From Thermodesulfobacteriota bacterium (GTDB taxonomy: Bacteria > Desulfobacterota > Binatia > Bin18), in the NCBI GenBank assembly GCA_964291405.2, contig OZ219926.1:416001-480000 (forward strand): a DNA stretch of 64,000 nt, read 5' to 3'. Numbering within the stretch: the stretch's first letter is position 1; each line of letters opens with the position of its first letter. The notes beneath the pieces are model-generated. The model did not search any database. It had not been told where the DNA came from and saw nothing but the letters and a program-made list of their open reading frames with translations. The position numbers and the translations under genes are program-made. Below, in pieces: positions 41,133 through 52,356 of this stretch.

Positions 41133-42005
41133 TTAATCCATCATTTTTTCTGCAAACTCTTCAATAACCGCAAGAGTCTTTTGCGTATCAGCCGTCGTCA
41201 GAAATAAGATCAGCTCTTGTACGCCAAGTTCGCTCAACCGCGGTAGGGCTTCTGGCTTGCGGAGTAAGGGTCCAGCGGCGCTCAGGGCGGAGATGTATAA
41301 ATCGGAATAATCTCGGCCGCGTTCAGCCATAAGGGCTTGTAATTGTGGGACGCTTTTTGACAGCACTTTGAGGGAGGCCGTGCCCGGCTGCCACCCGTCT
41401 CCCAAGTCGGCCACCCGCTTGAGGGCCGGCAGACTCTCCCCACCGAAAATAATGGGTGGATGCGGCTTTTGGACCGGCAGGGGAACATTGTGAATGTCTG
41501 AAAATGTGAGGAACTCGCCGGAGAAACTCGCGGGCTCGGCCTGCCAGACCGCTTTCATGATGTGCAGATATTCTCGGGTTTGTCGTGCCCGCCGGGCGAA
41601 GTCTTCCCCTAAAGCATCGAACTCTTCCTTAAGCCAGCCGACCCCAACCCCAAATTGGAACCGTCCGTGTGATAGCAGATCGACGGTGGCGACCGCCTTG
41701 GCAACCGCCAGCGGATTTCGATAGGGGATGACGATGACGCTCGTGCCCAACAGAATCTGCGAGGTTGCCAGGGCCAGACCTCCAAGCAGGACAAAGGGGT
41801 CTGGGAACGGAGCCCGGCGTGGAAAGCCGGCGGCTCCGTCCGCCGAATATGGATAGGCCGCCTCAATTTTTTCCGGAATCACAACATGGTCTCCCAGCCA
41901 GAGCGAGTGATAGCCAAGCTCCTCCGCCTTTTGGGCAACCTGTATATAATCGTCCGCCTGGGGATCGGCGTTGACGCCAATGGAATAGTGAATGCCGAAT
42001 TTCAT
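41133..42005 (-). CDS. LLM-class (probably F420-dependent) oxidoreductase
   Basis: LWLGDHVVIP, DPFVLL, GVGVGWLKEEF and PVQKPHPP. Confidence 0.88.
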   Translation of the reverse strand: MKFGIHYSIGVNADPQADDYIQVAQKAEELGYHSLWLGDHVVIPEKIEAAYPYSADGAAGFPRRAPFPDPFVLLGGLALATSQILLGTSVIVIPYRNPLAVAKAVATVDLLSHGRFQFGVGVGWLKEEFDALGEDFARRARQTREYLHIMKAVWQAEPASFSGEFLTFSDIHNVPLPVQKPHPPIIFGGESLPALKRVADLGDGWQPGTASLKVLSKSVPQLQALMAERGRDYSDLYISALSAAGPLLRKPEALPRLSELGVQELILFLTTADTQKTLAVIEEFAEKMMD

Positions 42006-42122
42006 ACTGGTTCTCCTCGTGCTGCGCGGTCTGGGTCACACACATCATATCCCTACCATTGACGCAAAGGACACGGCACGTCATCGTGGAGGCAGAGACA
42101 CCCGCCACAGAAAGGCAAGCGC

Positions 42123-42992
42123 ATGGATGGTGCTATCGATATCGTCTGTAATCTCTTCACTCCACAAGAAGTCCAGCAGGGCCAGACCGGGGTGGATGAG
42201 TATTTTCTCGACCAGGTCCGGTTTCCAGCCGAGTTACGGCCTGGCGTCCCGCTGGAAACCTATCTGGAGAAAATGGACCGCGCCCGGATTCAGCGCTCCC
42301 TGCTGGTTGCGGTTCGGGCCGGCGACCTGCGCATCAGCGGTTCATTCGAGATTCCGTATGCACGGGTGGCGGACATCTGTCAGCGCTACCCGGACCGCTT
42401 TTCCGGTCTGGCCGGGGTTGATCCCACCCGAGGGATGCAGGGTCTGCGCGACCTGGAATACGCGGTCAAAGAGTATGGATTTGTTGGTGCCCATCTCTAC
42501 CCACACTGGTTTGGCTTACCGCCCGACCACGCTCGCTATTATCCCGTTTACGCCAAGTGCTGCGAGCTGGAGATCCCGATTATGATGCAGGTCGGCCACT
42601 GCCTGCGCTATCAACGCAACCGGATTTTACCGAGTGTCGGCCGGCCGATTACGCTGGATCAGATCGCCATTGATTTTCCTGAGTTGGTGCTCATCGGGAT
42701 TCACTTGGGCTATCCCTGGACCGAGGAGATGATCTCGGTGGCCTGGAAGCATGAGAATGTCTATATCGGCTCGGATGCCTATGCGCCGCGCCATTGGCCG
42801 GAATCTTTTGTCCATTTCATCAATACCTGGGGGAAAGACAAAGTCCTGTTCGGGACGGACTGGCCGGTGATTGATCCTGAACGGGCAATCAAGGAGATCG
42901 ATGCGCTCGAACTCAGGCCGGAATCCAAGCAAAAATTCTTGCGCGACACAGCCCTGCGTCTGTTCTACCTGCCCGAATCGCCTGCAACCTAG
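42123..42992 (+). CDS. Amidohydrolase family protein (Amidohydro_2)
   Basis: HLYPHW, YYPVYAKC.EL, HLGYPW and VLFGTDWP. Confidence 0.9.
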   Translation: MDGAIDIVCNLFTPQEVQQGQTGVDEYFLDQVRFPAELRPGVPLETYLEKMDRARIQRSLLVAVRAGDLRISGSFEIPYARVADICQRYPDRFSGLAGVDPTRGMQGLRDLEYAVKEYGFVGAHLYPHWFGLPPDHARYYPVYAKCCELEIPIMMQVGHCLRYQRNRILPSVGRPITLDQIAIDFPELVLIGIHLGYPWTEEMISVAWKHENVYIGSDAYAPRHWPESFVHFINTWGKDKVLFGTDWPVIDPERAIKEIDALELRPESKQKFLRDTALRLFYLPESPAT

Positions 42993-43086
42993 AAGAGCAT
43001 CGTTCTTGATCCAGGGGCAATCGCAGTTATATTCTCTCCCCTAAGAAGAATACTGATCCGCTACGGAGAAATATGGACGCTGACCT

Positions 43087-44793
43087 ATGGCAACGACCGA
43101 CACCCCCCAAGCCGCAGACTTTATTCGGACGATTATCGCCGCGGACCTGAAGACCAATAAACATAACGGCAGAGTCGCAACCCGCTTTCCACCCGAACCG
43201 AACGGTCATCTTCATATCGGACATGCCAAATCCATCTGCCTGAACTTTGGGGTGGCACTGGAATATGGCGGAACGTGCAACCTCCGCTTCGACGATACCA
43301 ACCCGACCAAAGAAAACATCGACTACGTCGAATCCATTAAGCGGGATGTCAAATGGCTCGGCTTCGACTGGGACGATCGGGAATACTACGCCTCTGACTA
43401 TTTCGAGCAGTTGTATGCCTATGCGGTCCAGCTCATCAAAGACGGGAAAGCCTATGTGTGCAGCCTGAGCCCTGACGAAATCCGTTCCTATCGCGGCACC
43501 CTGACCGAACCGGGTCGAGACAGCCCCTATCGGCAGCGCTCGGTTGAGGAAAATCTCGACCTGTTTGCGCGCATGCGGGCCGGCGAGTTTCCGGAGGGCG
43601 CCCACGTCCTGCGGGCCAGGATCGATATGGCCTCGCCCAATATCAATATGCGTGACCCCGCGCTGTACCGGATTCTGAGGGCCACGCACCACCGCACGGG
43701 AGAGAGCTGGTGCATCTATCCCATGTATGACTTCACCCACTGCCTGAGTGACGCGCTCGAAGGGATTACCCACTCGCTGTGCACCCTGGAGTTCGAGGAT
43801 CATCGTCCCCTGTACGACTGGGCGTTGGACGTCCTCCCCGTTCCGAGTCATCCCCAGCAGATCGAATTCGCCCGCTTGAACCTGACCTATACGGTCATGA
43901 GCAAACGCAAGCTCCTGGCTCTGGTGACGGATCAATACGTGAGCGGCTGGGACGATCCGCGTATGCCGACCCTGGCCGGACTCCGCCGCCGGGGCTACAC
44001 GCCGCAGTCGATTCGAACCTTCTGCGAGCGCATCGGTCTGGCTAAACGGAACAGTACGGTTGACTATGCCATGCTCGAACACTGTATCCGCGAAGAGCTG
44101 AATCGAACTGCCCCGCGGGTCATGGCGGTCCTCCGCCCCCTGCGGGTTATCATAGACAATTATCCCCAAGACCAGGTTGAATACCTCGACGCGATCAACA
44201 ACCCGGAAGATGTCAGCGCAGGCACGCGGCAGGTCCCCTTCTCGCGAGTGATCTATATTGAGCGTGAGGACTTTCGTGAAGATCCGCCGCGCAAATTTTT
44301 TCGTCTCGCGCCCGGCCGGGAAGTGCGCTTGCGCTACGCCTATATCGTCAAATGCGTCAGCGTCGTCAAAGACGACACCGGAGAGATTACGGAAATTCAC
44401 TGCACCTACGATCCAGAGACGCGTAGCGGCGGGCCGGCCGCCGGTCGCAAGGTCAAAGCCACGATTCACTGGGTGTCAGCCGAGCAGGCCGTTAACGCCG
44501 AGGTCCGGCTGTACGATCATTTTTTCACCAAGCCCGACCCGGACAATGTGGAAGATGGAGCGGCGTTCACCGACTATCTGAACCCGCACTCGCTCGAAGT
44601 CCTGACCGACTGCAAAGTCGAGCCGAGCCTGGCCCAGGCCGAAGCCGGTCGTCGCTTTCAGTTTGAACGGCAGGGCTATTTCTGTGTGGATACAGTTGAC
44701 TCGTCTCCGGGCCGCCCGATCTTTAACCGAACCGTGACCTTGCGTGACACCTGGGCCAAAATCCAAAAAGCGGAACAGCAGAAAAAGGCATAG
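43087..44793 (+). CDS. glnS: Glutamine-tRNA ligase
   Basis: [37 protein letters not shown] and FQFERQGYF. Confidence 0.97.
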   Translation: MATTDTPQAADFIRTIIAADLKTNKHNGRVATRFPPEPNGHLHIGHAKSICLNFGVALEYGGTCNLRFDDTNPTKENIDYVESIKRDVKWLGFDWDDREYYASDYFEQLYAYAVQLIKDGKAYVCSLSPDEIRSYRGTLTEPGRDSPYRQRSVEENLDLFARMRAGEFPEGAHVLRARIDMASPNINMRDPALYRILRATHHRTGESWCIYPMYDFTHCLSDALEGITHSLCTLEFEDHRPLYDWALDVLPVPSHPQQIEFARLNLTYTVMSKRKLLALVTDQYVSGWDDPRMPTLAGLRRRGYTPQSIRTFCERIGLAKRNSTVDYAMLEHCIREELNRTAPRVMAVLRPLRVIIDNYPQDQVEYLDAINNPEDVSAGTRQVPFSRVIYIEREDFREDPPRKFFRLAPGREVRLRYAYIVKCVSVVKDDTGEITEIHCTYDPETRSGGPAAGRKVKATIHWVSAEQAVNAEVRLYDHFFTKPDPDNVEDGAAFTDYLNPHSLEVLTDCKVEPSLAQAEAGRRFQFERQGYFCVDTVDSSPGRPIFNRTVTLRDTWAKIQKAEQQKKA

Positions 44794-44799
44794 GCTCGC

Positions 44800-45477
44800 A
44801 TGGCAACGTCGCTCCGAGCGCTGCAATTTACGCCAACCGAGCAGGCCGGTGCCGTCTCTGCGCTCCTCCTGCGGCCCACGTCCGCCCGTGCCCTGCTCGT
44901 TCTGGGTCATGGAGCCGGAGCCGGGATGCGGCACCCTTTTATGCAGGCCGTGGCGGAACAGCTTGCCGCCCAAAAAATTGCGACGTTCCGCTATCAGTTT
45001 CCGTATATGGAAAAAGGAAAGAAAAGTCCCGACTCTCAAACGACATTACGCGCAACCATCGTCTCTGCGGTTGAGACGGCAAGAAAAGCGGCCCGAGGGT
45101 TGCCCCTCCTGGCCGGCGGAAAATCCATGGGAGGCCGGCTGACCTCGCTTGTTACAGCTGAGGGTCGCCTGCCGGATGTCCAAGGACTGATTTTTTTCGG
45201 TTTTCCCTTACATGCAGCAGGAAAACCGTCGAGCGAGCGGGGGGCGCATCTCGCTCAGGTAAACGTCCCGATGCTCTTCTTACAAGGGACGCGGGACAGG
45301 CTGGCCGAACTCGACCGCATCACGCCCTTATGCCGTGGCCTGGGCAAGCGAGCGACCCTCCACATTGTTGAGGGCGGCGACCACTCCTTTCACGTCCTCA
45401 AACGCTCAGGGCGAACCGATGAGGACGTACAAAACGAGTTGGGTGAGATTGTGGGGTCATGGGTCTCAGGTTTGTAG
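44800..45477 (+). CDS. Alpha/beta hydrolase (KANL3/Tex30-like)
   Basis: HGAGAGM, GGKSMGG, QGTRD and DHSF. Confidence 0.88.
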   Translation: MATSLRALQFTPTEQAGAVSALLLRPTSARALLVLGHGAGAGMRHPFMQAVAEQLAAQKIATFRYQFPYMEKGKKSPDSQTTLRATIVSAVETARKAARGLPLLAGGKSMGGRLTSLVTAEGRLPDVQGLIFFGFPLHAAGKPSSERGAHLAQVNVPMLFLQGTRDRLAELDRITPLCRGLGKRATLHIVEGGDHSFHVLKRSGRTDEDVQNELGEIVGSWVSGL

Positions 45478-46071
45478 AATAGAGATATGGCCGGGTTGTA
45501 CCCGGATGCGGTCAAGCCATATCCGAATCGCCTTAAAACGATCCAGTTCAAAGCCTCCCTCATGGGCGACATGGGTGTAGGCGTAGAGCGCAATATCCGC
45601 AATCGTATAGCGCTCGCTCACAAAGAAGGTCCGTTTTGCGAGGTGCTGCTCCATGACCTCAAGCGCGGCATAGCCGAGGGGCCGTTTTTGCTCCAGCCCG
45701 GCGCGTCGTTCGTCTGTCAGCTCACCGTGCATCAGCCAAAAACGCGACGTGGCAATATTGGGCTCATGGCTATACTGCTCAAAGAACATCCACTGGAGAA
45801 TTTGCGCCTGAGCCAGGCGGTGGTCAGGCAGGAAGGCGGTTCCCTCGGCTAAATAGAAGAGAATCGCATTGGACTCGGACAGACAGGTGCCGTCTTCCAA
45901 CTCCAGAACGGGGATACGACCGTTGGGGTTGATCTTCAGAAAGTCCGGCGTACGCGTCTCGCCCTGGAGGATATCGTGCTCAATACGCTCAAAGGGAATC
46001 CCAAGCTGAGTGAGCAATAATCGAACTTTATACCCGTTTCCGGAAGACAAATAATCGTGCAGTTTGAGCAT
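45466..46071 (-). CDS. Glutathione S-transferase
   Basis: SGNGYKVRL, NPNGRIPVL, ESNAIL and TIADIALY. Confidence 0.93.
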   Translation of the reverse strand: MLKLHDYLSSGNGYKVRLLLTQLGIPFERIEHDILQGETRTPDFLKINPNGRIPVLELEDGTCLSESNAILFYLAEGTAFLPDHRLAQAQILQWMFFEQYSHEPNIATSRFWLMHGELTDERRAGLEQKRPLGYAALEVMEQHLAKRTFFVSERYTIADIALYAYTHVAHEGGFELDRFKAIRIWLDRIRVQPGHISILQT

Positions 46072-46088
46072 GTAGAGCCCTCCGTCTG

Positions 46089-46991
46089 TCAGCCGATAAC
46101 CTGTGATTCCCGTACGGCGTCAAGAATGGCCAGGCGTGTGGCTTCCGCGGCTATCGTCCCGACCAGCGTCACATCAGTCCGCACCTGTCCGGCGGACACG
46201 CTGAATACCAGATCGCCGTCCCACGGGCTAAAGGCGGGTGAAAGCGCCCGGGCGAACCCTGCGGTGGCCATTTTTGCTACGATAAAGAGGGCTTCCTGGC
46301 TCAGGGCCGCATTGGTGACAACCGCGACCAGGGTGGTGTTTTGGGGGAGTGAAGTTCTGGCCTCGGCGCTCCCGCGCAGCAGATGCTGTTCGACATTGAG
46401 AAACTGCCCGTGCGGATCAACCGCGCCGGCAATGATTTTGTCGTTTTCCCTGACATCGCCAAAGGCGTTCACCGCCGCACACGCCAACACCTTGAGTTCG
46501 CCCGCCTGTATATGCCCGACGCCGAACCCACCGGTCATGGGGCGACCGTTCTCCAGTCCCTTGCCGACCGTCGCACCGCTTCCAACGCCGACTCTCCCGC
46601 GTGCATATTCGCTATTGGTGGCAGCTTTGCAGGCGTCATAAGCGTCCTGGGCCGCCGGATAGACCGGCTTACCGTAGGCAAGGTCAAAAATGCAGGCGGT
46701 TGGTACAATCGGCACAATCCGACCCGGTGTCGCCAGTCCCCGGCCCTGTTCCTGCTGATATTCCATAACGCCAGTGGACGCCCCGAGCCCATACGCGCTC
46801 CCACCGGTAAACACCAGCGCGTCGATCTCTTCAACCGAGTTTCCCAGATTGAGCGGGACAACATCACGTGTGCCTGGGGCCGAGCCACACAGATGATACG
46901 CACACACCACCCGCTGCGTAAAAAGGAGAACCGAAATACCGGTATTTCCCGTCAGGCTCTTGTGCCCAATCAGGAGGTTCTCAAGATGCAT
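46089..46991 (-). CDS. Peptidase S58 / DmpA (P1 family)
   Basis: GSAPGTR, TGGSAYGL, VNAFGD, NTTL autocleavage site and DGD. Confidence 0.88.
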   Translation of the reverse strand: MHLENLLIGHKSLTGNTGISVLLFTQRVVCAYHLCGSAPGTRDVVPLNLGNSVEEIDALVFTGGSAYGLGASTGVMEYQQEQGRGLATPGRIVPIVPTACIFDLAYGKPVYPAAQDAYDACKAATNSEYARGRVGVGSGATVGKGLENGRPMTGGFGVGHIQAGELKVLACAAVNAFGDVRENDKIIAGAVDPHGQFLNVEQHLLRGSAEARTSLPQNTTLVAVVTNAALSQEALFIVAKMATAGFARALSPAFSPWDGDLVFSVSAGQVRTDVTLVGTIAAEATRLAILDAVRESQVIG

Positions 46992-47098
46992 TACCCTTCC
47001 CCTGTATAAAACGCACGCACCATAACGATCGCGGGCAAAAGGGTGCGAGACTAGGGGCAGACCATCCTCTCGTCAACCACGACCTCGTAGGCATACCC

Positions 47099-47884
47099 TT
47101 ACTTCGCGGTAAAGCCGCCGTCCACCATTAACAAACTGCCCGTTACGTAATCCGCCTCTGACGAGGCCAGGAAAATCACCGGACCGACCATGTCGGGAAT
47201 CGCCCCCCAGCGACCGAGCGGGGTAAGGGCTTCGACGGTAGATTTGATGTCTTGATTTTCGTGAAATGGGCGTGTCATGGCAGTCGTCAAAAAGTTGGGG
47301 CAGATCGCGTTGACGTTGATCCTATGTGGGCCGTAGTCCACCGCGAGTTGACGGGTGAGGTTTGCCGCTGCCGCTTTTGAGGCGCAGTAGGCCGGTTCCT
47401 CGGGTAAGCCGATCACCCCAGCAATCGAGACGATATTCACTATTTTCCCTCCGCCCCCCTGTTTCAGAAACTGGCGAATGGCTTGCTGGCAGCCATTCCA
47501 GACGCCTTTGGCATTCACTCCCATGGTAAAATCGTATTCTTCCTCAGTCTTTTCATGGATGGGAGCTAAACGCGTGAACACACCGGCATTGTTGACCATA
47601 ATGTCAAGCCGACCAAAGCGCTCCACCGCCTGTCGAATGACCGCTTCGACCTCGTGGCCTTTGGTCACATCCGCTTGCACAAAGCAGGCCTGGCCACCCT
47701 GGGCCGTAACCACCTCAGCAGTCGCCCGCTGGGTGTCGGCATCATAGCCCTCGGGCCGGGCATCAGGCCGGATGTCCGAGCAGACGATTCGAGCCCCCTC
47801 GGTGGCGAAGCCAATGGCAATGGCCCGACCGATGCCGGAGCTGGCACCGGTAATTACCGCGACTTTTTCCTGCAAGCGTCCCAT
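47099..47884 (-). CDS. SDR family oxidoreductase
   Basis: TGASSGIG, NNAG and YCASK. Start MGRLQEK with AAGGAG RBS. Confidence 0.92.
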   Translation of the reverse strand: MGRLQEKVAVITGASSGIGRAIAIGFATEGARIVCSDIRPDARPEGYDADTQRATAEVVTAQGGQACFVQADVTKGHEVEAVIRQAVERFGRLDIMVNNAGVFTRLAPIHEKTEEEYDFTMGVNAKGVWNGCQQAIRQFLKQGGGGKIVNIVSIAGVIGLPEEPAYCASKAAAANLTRQLAVDYGPHRINVNAICPNFLTTAMTRPFHENQDIKSTVEALTPLGRWGAIPDMVGPVIFLASSEADYVTGSLLMVDGGFTAK

Positions 47885-48072
47885 GCTTTTCTCCTTTTTA
47901 TCTCCAAGCTTTCGTCTTGCTCCAGGTTTCATCTCTCTTCCCGGCACTTGATACCTGCCCGTGGAAAAGAGTACAACACGCTGGAAAGGTGGTCGCAGCG
48001 CCTCGACAACTTCTGCCCACCTGATATTGAGACGACATGACTCGAAGATCACGCTAGCCGGAGGATATCAGC

Positions 48073-48990
48073 GTGCGAACAATCACCCTGTGTAGCGGAA
48101 AAGGTGGCGTCGGAAAGACCTTGCTGGCAACCAGCTTAGGCAGAATTATTCAGCGACAAGAGCAGTGTAATGTCCTTCTCGTCGATTTGGACCTGTCAGT
48201 CCGCGGCCTCACCCTCCTGGCCTTTCAAAACAAGTATGAACTCGATCAGCTTCCGTTCTCCTTAACGGATTATTTTTATTTGGAAGATGGAGATCAACCG
48301 GCGCTCCTGCATGCACTCCACAAAGGGCTCGCCCAAAACAATAACAATTCCGAGGAGAGCCAAGAGACAACGGCTCAGACAACGGCCGGCCCCTCGACCT
48401 ATGAACGGTTGGACGGGCTTTTTATCATCCCTTCTTCTACCGAAAGCGAGCGGCCCGACTGGACACCGTTGCACCACTTAGAGCTCAACGAAACGATCGA
48501 TAAACTTGGCAAGTTCTACGAGTTTGCAACGTCGTCGTTACCCGTCGACTACGTCATTTTTGACACGCAAGCCGGGCTCGGGAGTCTGAGTTTGGCGGCC
48601 ACAACCCTGAGCGACATGAACCTCATTGTGTTGGAAGAGGACGATATCAGTTGGCGGACCGCGCTCAATGCCTTCATGGAAATCTCAGCGCTCAACAAAC
48701 GACTCCAACGAAAATCCCACAGTTATTTTCTGGCCAACAAGGTCAGTTCCAGCATGCTGGATGCGGCGGATAAGCTCAAAGCCTTTTCATTTCTCCCCCC
48801 CGTCCCGTTTGATGCCTGGGTGCAAAAGCTCTTTGCTCACGCCACAATCACCGTGCTGGCGAGAGATTTCGAGGGGAGTGATTTCTTCAAGCAAGTGGAG
48901 TCACAGGTGTGGCAGGAGTTAGCGGTCATTCTGGGCGTGCGGCAACGGGCGACCGGGAACGGCCCGCGGTCTTCATGGTGGCGAGGATAG
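48073..48990 (+). CDS. MinD/ParA-family ATPase
   Basis: Deviant Walker A SGKGGVGKT, LVDLD, FDT.AG and NKV. Confidence 0.82.
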   Translation: MRTITLCSGKGGVGKTLLATSLGRIIQRQEQCNVLLVDLDLSVRGLTLLAFQNKYELDQLPFSLTDYFYLEDGDQPALLHALHKGLAQNNNNSEESQETTAQTTAGPSTYERLDGLFIIPSSTESERPDWTPLHHLELNETIDKLGKFYEFATSSLPVDYVIFDTQAGLGSLSLAATTLSDMNLIVLEEDDISWRTALNAFMEISALNKRLQRKSHSYFLANKVSSSMLDAADKLKAFSFLPPVPFDAWVQKLFAHATITVLARDFEGSDFFKQVESQVWQELAVILGVRQRATGNGPRSSWWRG

Positions 48991-48993
48991 CCT

Positions 48994-49053
48994 GTAGGGA
49001 CGACCGTCGCCGGTAGCGTTCCTCGCCGTCCCGTCTCAGCAAGCCCTCCCTAC
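48994..49053. repeat. GTAG-ended inverted repeat between convergent genes
   Basis: GTAGGGA (48994-49000) ... TCCCTAC (49047-49053). CTA at 49050-49052 is the AKR stop. Confidence 0.45.
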
Positions 49054-50048
49054 TCCCGCTCCAACCAGACATCCGGGCAGGTCACCACACCATTCCGTTC
49101 AAAAATCGCGTCGATTTCGGCAAAGTCTTCTTGCCTGATATCCCATCCAAGGGCACCGACGTTGTCTTCTACCTCGGCCGCTTTACGACAGCCAACCAAG
49201 GCCGTACTCACCGCCGGATGTGAGAGCGTCCAGCGCAGCGCAAACTGCGGCAAGCTTCTGCCATAGCTGGCGGCCAAACCCTTCAGCTCTTCCACCGCCT
49301 TAATGTTGTTGGGAAAGTGATCAGGGCCGAACATGGTCTGGAACAGATTGATGCCACCCATGCGGCCCTGACGCGCCCGCCAGTCTCCTTCGTCAAAGGT
49401 CATATCCGCGTGAAAGGTTCCGCTCAGCAGACCGTAGGCGAGCGAGCCATAGGCCATGACACCCATGTTGTGCTCGCGACAGTAGGGCAGGATTTCCTGG
49501 TCCATACGTCGGTCAAACATATTCCAGCAGTATTGAGCGACGTCCACCCGGCGGGTCGTCATACTGGTTTCAATCTGCCCACGCCGGAAGTTCGAAATGC
49601 CGATGGCCCGCGCCTTGCCCTGCTGCACAACGTCGTCCAAGGCCCGCATGGTCTCTTCAAAAGGCGTGTTCAGATCCGGCCAGTGGACCATATACACGTC
49701 CACATAGTCCGAGTTCAGGTTCTTCAGGCTTTTCTCGATCGAGACCATGACCCGCTCGCGGCTGCTGTCTCGATAATTCGGCGCTTCTTTGTAGCCGATA
49801 CCAAACTTGGTAACGACAATGGCGTCTTTCCGACGCTCACCAAGCGCCTTGGCCAACGAACGCTCCGAGGCCCCAAACCCGTAGGCTTCGGCGGTATCAA
49901 AACACGTAATGCCCAGGTCCAAGGCGGTATGAACCGCGGCAATAAACTCTTGTTCTTCAATTGACCCGTAGCCACCGCCAATCTCCCAGCAGCCGACGCC
50001 AATGGCGGACACTTCTATACCGGTTTGTCCAAAAGGACGATATTCCAT
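49050..50048 (-). CDS. Aldo/keto reductase
   Basis: FDTAEAYG, VTKFG, VHWPD and GISNF. Confidence 0.94.
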   Translation of the reverse strand: MEYRPFGQTGIEVSAIGVGCWEIGGGYGSIEEQEFIAAVHTALDLGITCFDTAEAYGFGASERSLAKALGERRKDAIVVTKFGIGYKEAPNYRDSSRERVMVSIEKSLKNLNSDYVDVYMVHWPDLNTPFEETMRALDDVVQQGKARAIGISNFRRGQIETSMTTRRVDVAQYCWNMFDRRMDQEILPYCREHNMGVMAYGSLAYGLLSGTFHADMTFDEGDWRARQGRMGGINLFQTMFGPDHFPNNIKAVEELKGLAASYGRSLPQFALRWTLSHPAVSTALVGCRKAAEVEDNVGALGWDIRQEDFAEIDAIFERNGVVTCPDVWLERE

Positions 50049-50062
50049 GAGCGAGTCCCCCT

Positions 50063-50884
50063 CTAGTGCATTTCGATGCCACCGTCGACATTGATGGCCT
50101 GTCCGGTTACGTTCTCGGCCAGGGCGAGGTAGACGGCCAGTTGCCCGATATCGTCCGGCGTTTGGGGTCGGCCTTGGGGGATCACGTTCTTGACCCAGCG
50201 TTGCCAGGAGTCCTCCTTAGATTCGTCCGGTTGTTTGAGCGACTCGGCCAGGTACTCCCACATCTGGGTGCGCAAAATGCCCGGACAAATGGCGTTGACG
50301 CGGATATTGGCCTGGGCCAGCTCTTTGGCCAAAGAATTGCTGAAACCCACAACCGCAAACTTTGAGGCGCAGTAGTGCGCCAGACCGCCAAAACCGTTCT
50401 TGCCCGCGATCGAGGCAATATTGATAATCAGGCCCCCACCCCGGTTTTTGAGGGCGGGAATCGCAGCCTGACAGGAAAGAAAGACCCCTTTGGCATTGAC
50501 CGCAAAGGTCAGGTCCCAGGCCTCTTCGGACATGTCTTCGACCTTCACCATATTCACCACGCCAGCGTTACAGACCATGATATCCAGGCCGCCCAACGCA
50601 CCCGTGGCCTCCTCGACCATACGCAGAGTATCGTCTTTCCGAGTGACATCGGCCTGAATCGCGACTGAGCGCCGCCCGAGGGAGATGATTTCTTCCGCAG
50701 TTTGCTGTGCCTGCGTAAATCCCCCGACCGCGGTCGCGCCATACTGCTGGGCCGTGCTCGTCATGGTTTCAATGTCCGACACGGCCACATCAGCTCCGGC
50801 GTTTGCCAGGGCCAGGGCAATGCCCCGCCCAATCCCCCGTGCTCCGCCCGTCACTAGGGCCACTTTTCCATCCAGTTGTGACAT
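50063..50884 (-). CDS. SDR family oxidoreductase
   Basis: TGGARGIG, CNAG and HYCASK. Confidence 0.92.
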   Translation of the reverse strand: MSQLDGKVALVTGGARGIGRGIALALANAGADVAVSDIETMTSTAQQYGATAVGGFTQAQQTAEEIISLGRRSVAIQADVTRKDDTLRMVEEATGALGGLDIMVCNAGVVNMVKVEDMSEEAWDLTFAVNAKGVFLSCQAAIPALKNRGGGLIINIASIAGKNGFGGLAHYCASKFAVVGFSNSLAKELAQANIRVNAICPGILRTQMWEYLAESLKQPDESKEDSWQRWVKNVIPQGRPQTPDDIGQLAVYLALAENVTGQAINVDGGIEMH

Positions 50885-50907
50885 ACGTCTTCCTTTCTCC
50901 CTCTGCT

Positions 50908-52356
50908 TTAGAAACCGGCCGGGCGCGGACACCCACCCATCATTTCAAACAAATGTTTCGCCACGTGCAGGGTTGTCCGGTCTTCAAGATAGGGACCGAC
51001 GATCTGGATACCTATTGGCAGTCCATTGTCGAGCTGACCCACCGGAATCACCGTGGCCGGCAGCAGACAGGCACCGGCTGGCGCCATCCACGTCACCAAA
51101 TCCCAATACGGCCGTTGCTGCCCGCCAACCAGGGCCGTCCGTCCGGCTTGGGGCTCGGAGTGGTCGTGCTTGATCGCCGGACATGGCATGACCGGCAGCA
51201 GCATCACGTCCCAGTCCTGGAAGAACTCTTCCCAGCGTTTGCGCATCTGCATCCGGCGTTCATTATAGCTCAGCCATTCGCGATGCCGCATGGCAAACAG
51301 CCGCCGGGTCTGGTCCGTTGAGGTATCACCGCTTGACTGCGCGTACTCTTCGATTTTGTCCCGCGATATCCCACCTGCCAGTGCGGACTGCAACAGAGCC
51401 ATAAAGGTCGCCGCAATTTTTTCCAGGCTGAATTCGGGCCGCGCGTTCGCACTCACCGTTGCGCCGGCGCTTGATAATGCGCTGGCAGCGTTTTCCAGCA
51501 GGGTTCGCGCTTCCGGCTCGACCGGACAACGGGGATCGTCCAGCCAGGTCGCAATGCGGTAGTCCTTGAGTGCCTGTCTGCGCGGAGCTGGTAGCTCCAA
51601 CCGCCACGCCGGTTGTTCCCAGCGGTTGGGGCCGGCCATGATATCGAGCCCCAGTTCCAGGTCTTCGACATTCCGGGCCATGGGTCCGGCAACCGCCAGG
51701 TCGGCCAGCGTCAGGGTTCCCGGCGGACCCGGAATCTGCCCGTGGGCGGGCACAATACCATAGCTCGGCTTGTGGCCGGTGACACCCGACATATGAGACG
51801 GCAGGCGAATCGAGCCACCAATATCGCTGCCCAACTCCAACGGCGTGAAGCCACAGGCCAAAGCGGCTCCCGAACCGCCGGACGAGCCGCCCGGCGTACG
51901 CGTGGTATCGTGCGGATTATTGGTTGTGCCAAAAATCTCATTATAGCTCTGTAGATCACCCGCGTAGATCGGCAGATTGGTCTTGCCGTAGATAATGGCC
52001 CCTGCTTCGCGCAGTCGGGCAACCGGCCAGGCGTCTTCCTCTGGAATGAAATCCTTGAGCTCCGGTGCACCCGACGTCGTCCGCATACCTTTGGTTTGAT
52101 ACGAGTCCTTAATCGTCATCGGCACACCGTGTAGCGGTCCTCGAGAGGCGCCTCGGACCAAATCCGCATCCGCGGCATCGGCCTCTGCCCGCGCCCGTTC
52201 CGCATCGATCGTTACGACGCTATTAATGGTCTTATCGAGCGCTTCGACTCGAGCAAGAAAATAGTCAACGGCTTCGCGGCTTGAAACTTCCTTCCTTTGG
52301 ATCATGGCGGCGACTTCTGCGGCCGTCGCATAGGCAAGCTGAGACTGATCAGACAT
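50908..52356 (-). CDS. Amidase (amidase signature)
   Basis: GPLHGVPMTIKD, GKTN, GGSSGG and GSDIGGSIR. GGAGGG RBS. Confidence 0.94.
   Translation of the reverse strand: MSDQSQLAYATAAEVAAMIQRKEVSSREAVDYFLARVEALDKTINSVVTIDAERARAEADAADADLVRGASRGPLHGVPMTIKDSYQTKGMRTTSGAPELKDFIPEEDAWPVARLREAGAIIYGKTNLPIYAGDLQSYNEIFGTTNNPHDTTRTPGGSSGGSGAALACGFTPLELGSDIGGSIRLPSHMSGVTGHKPSYGIVPAHGQIPGPPGTLTLADLAVAGPMARNVEDLELGLDIMAGPNRWEQPAWRLELPAPRRQALKDYRIATWLDDPRCPVEPEARTLLENAASALSSAGATVSANARPEFSLEKIAATFMALLQSALAGGISRDKIEEYAQSSGDTSTDQTRRLFAMRHREWLSYNERRMQMRKRWEEFFQDWDVMLLPVMPCPAIKHDHSEPQAGRTALVGGQQRPYWDLVTWMAPAGACLLPATVIPVGQLDNGLPIGIQIVGPYLEDRTTLHVAKHLFEMMGGCPRPAGF

Noticed and set aside
43027-44469. 480-aa antisense ORF opposite glnS, and similar long shadow ORFs (27180-28019, 29127-30038, 53315-54184, 9087-9803)
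   Set aside because: They fully overlap well-recognised genes and show no motifs. This is typical of GC-rich codon bias.
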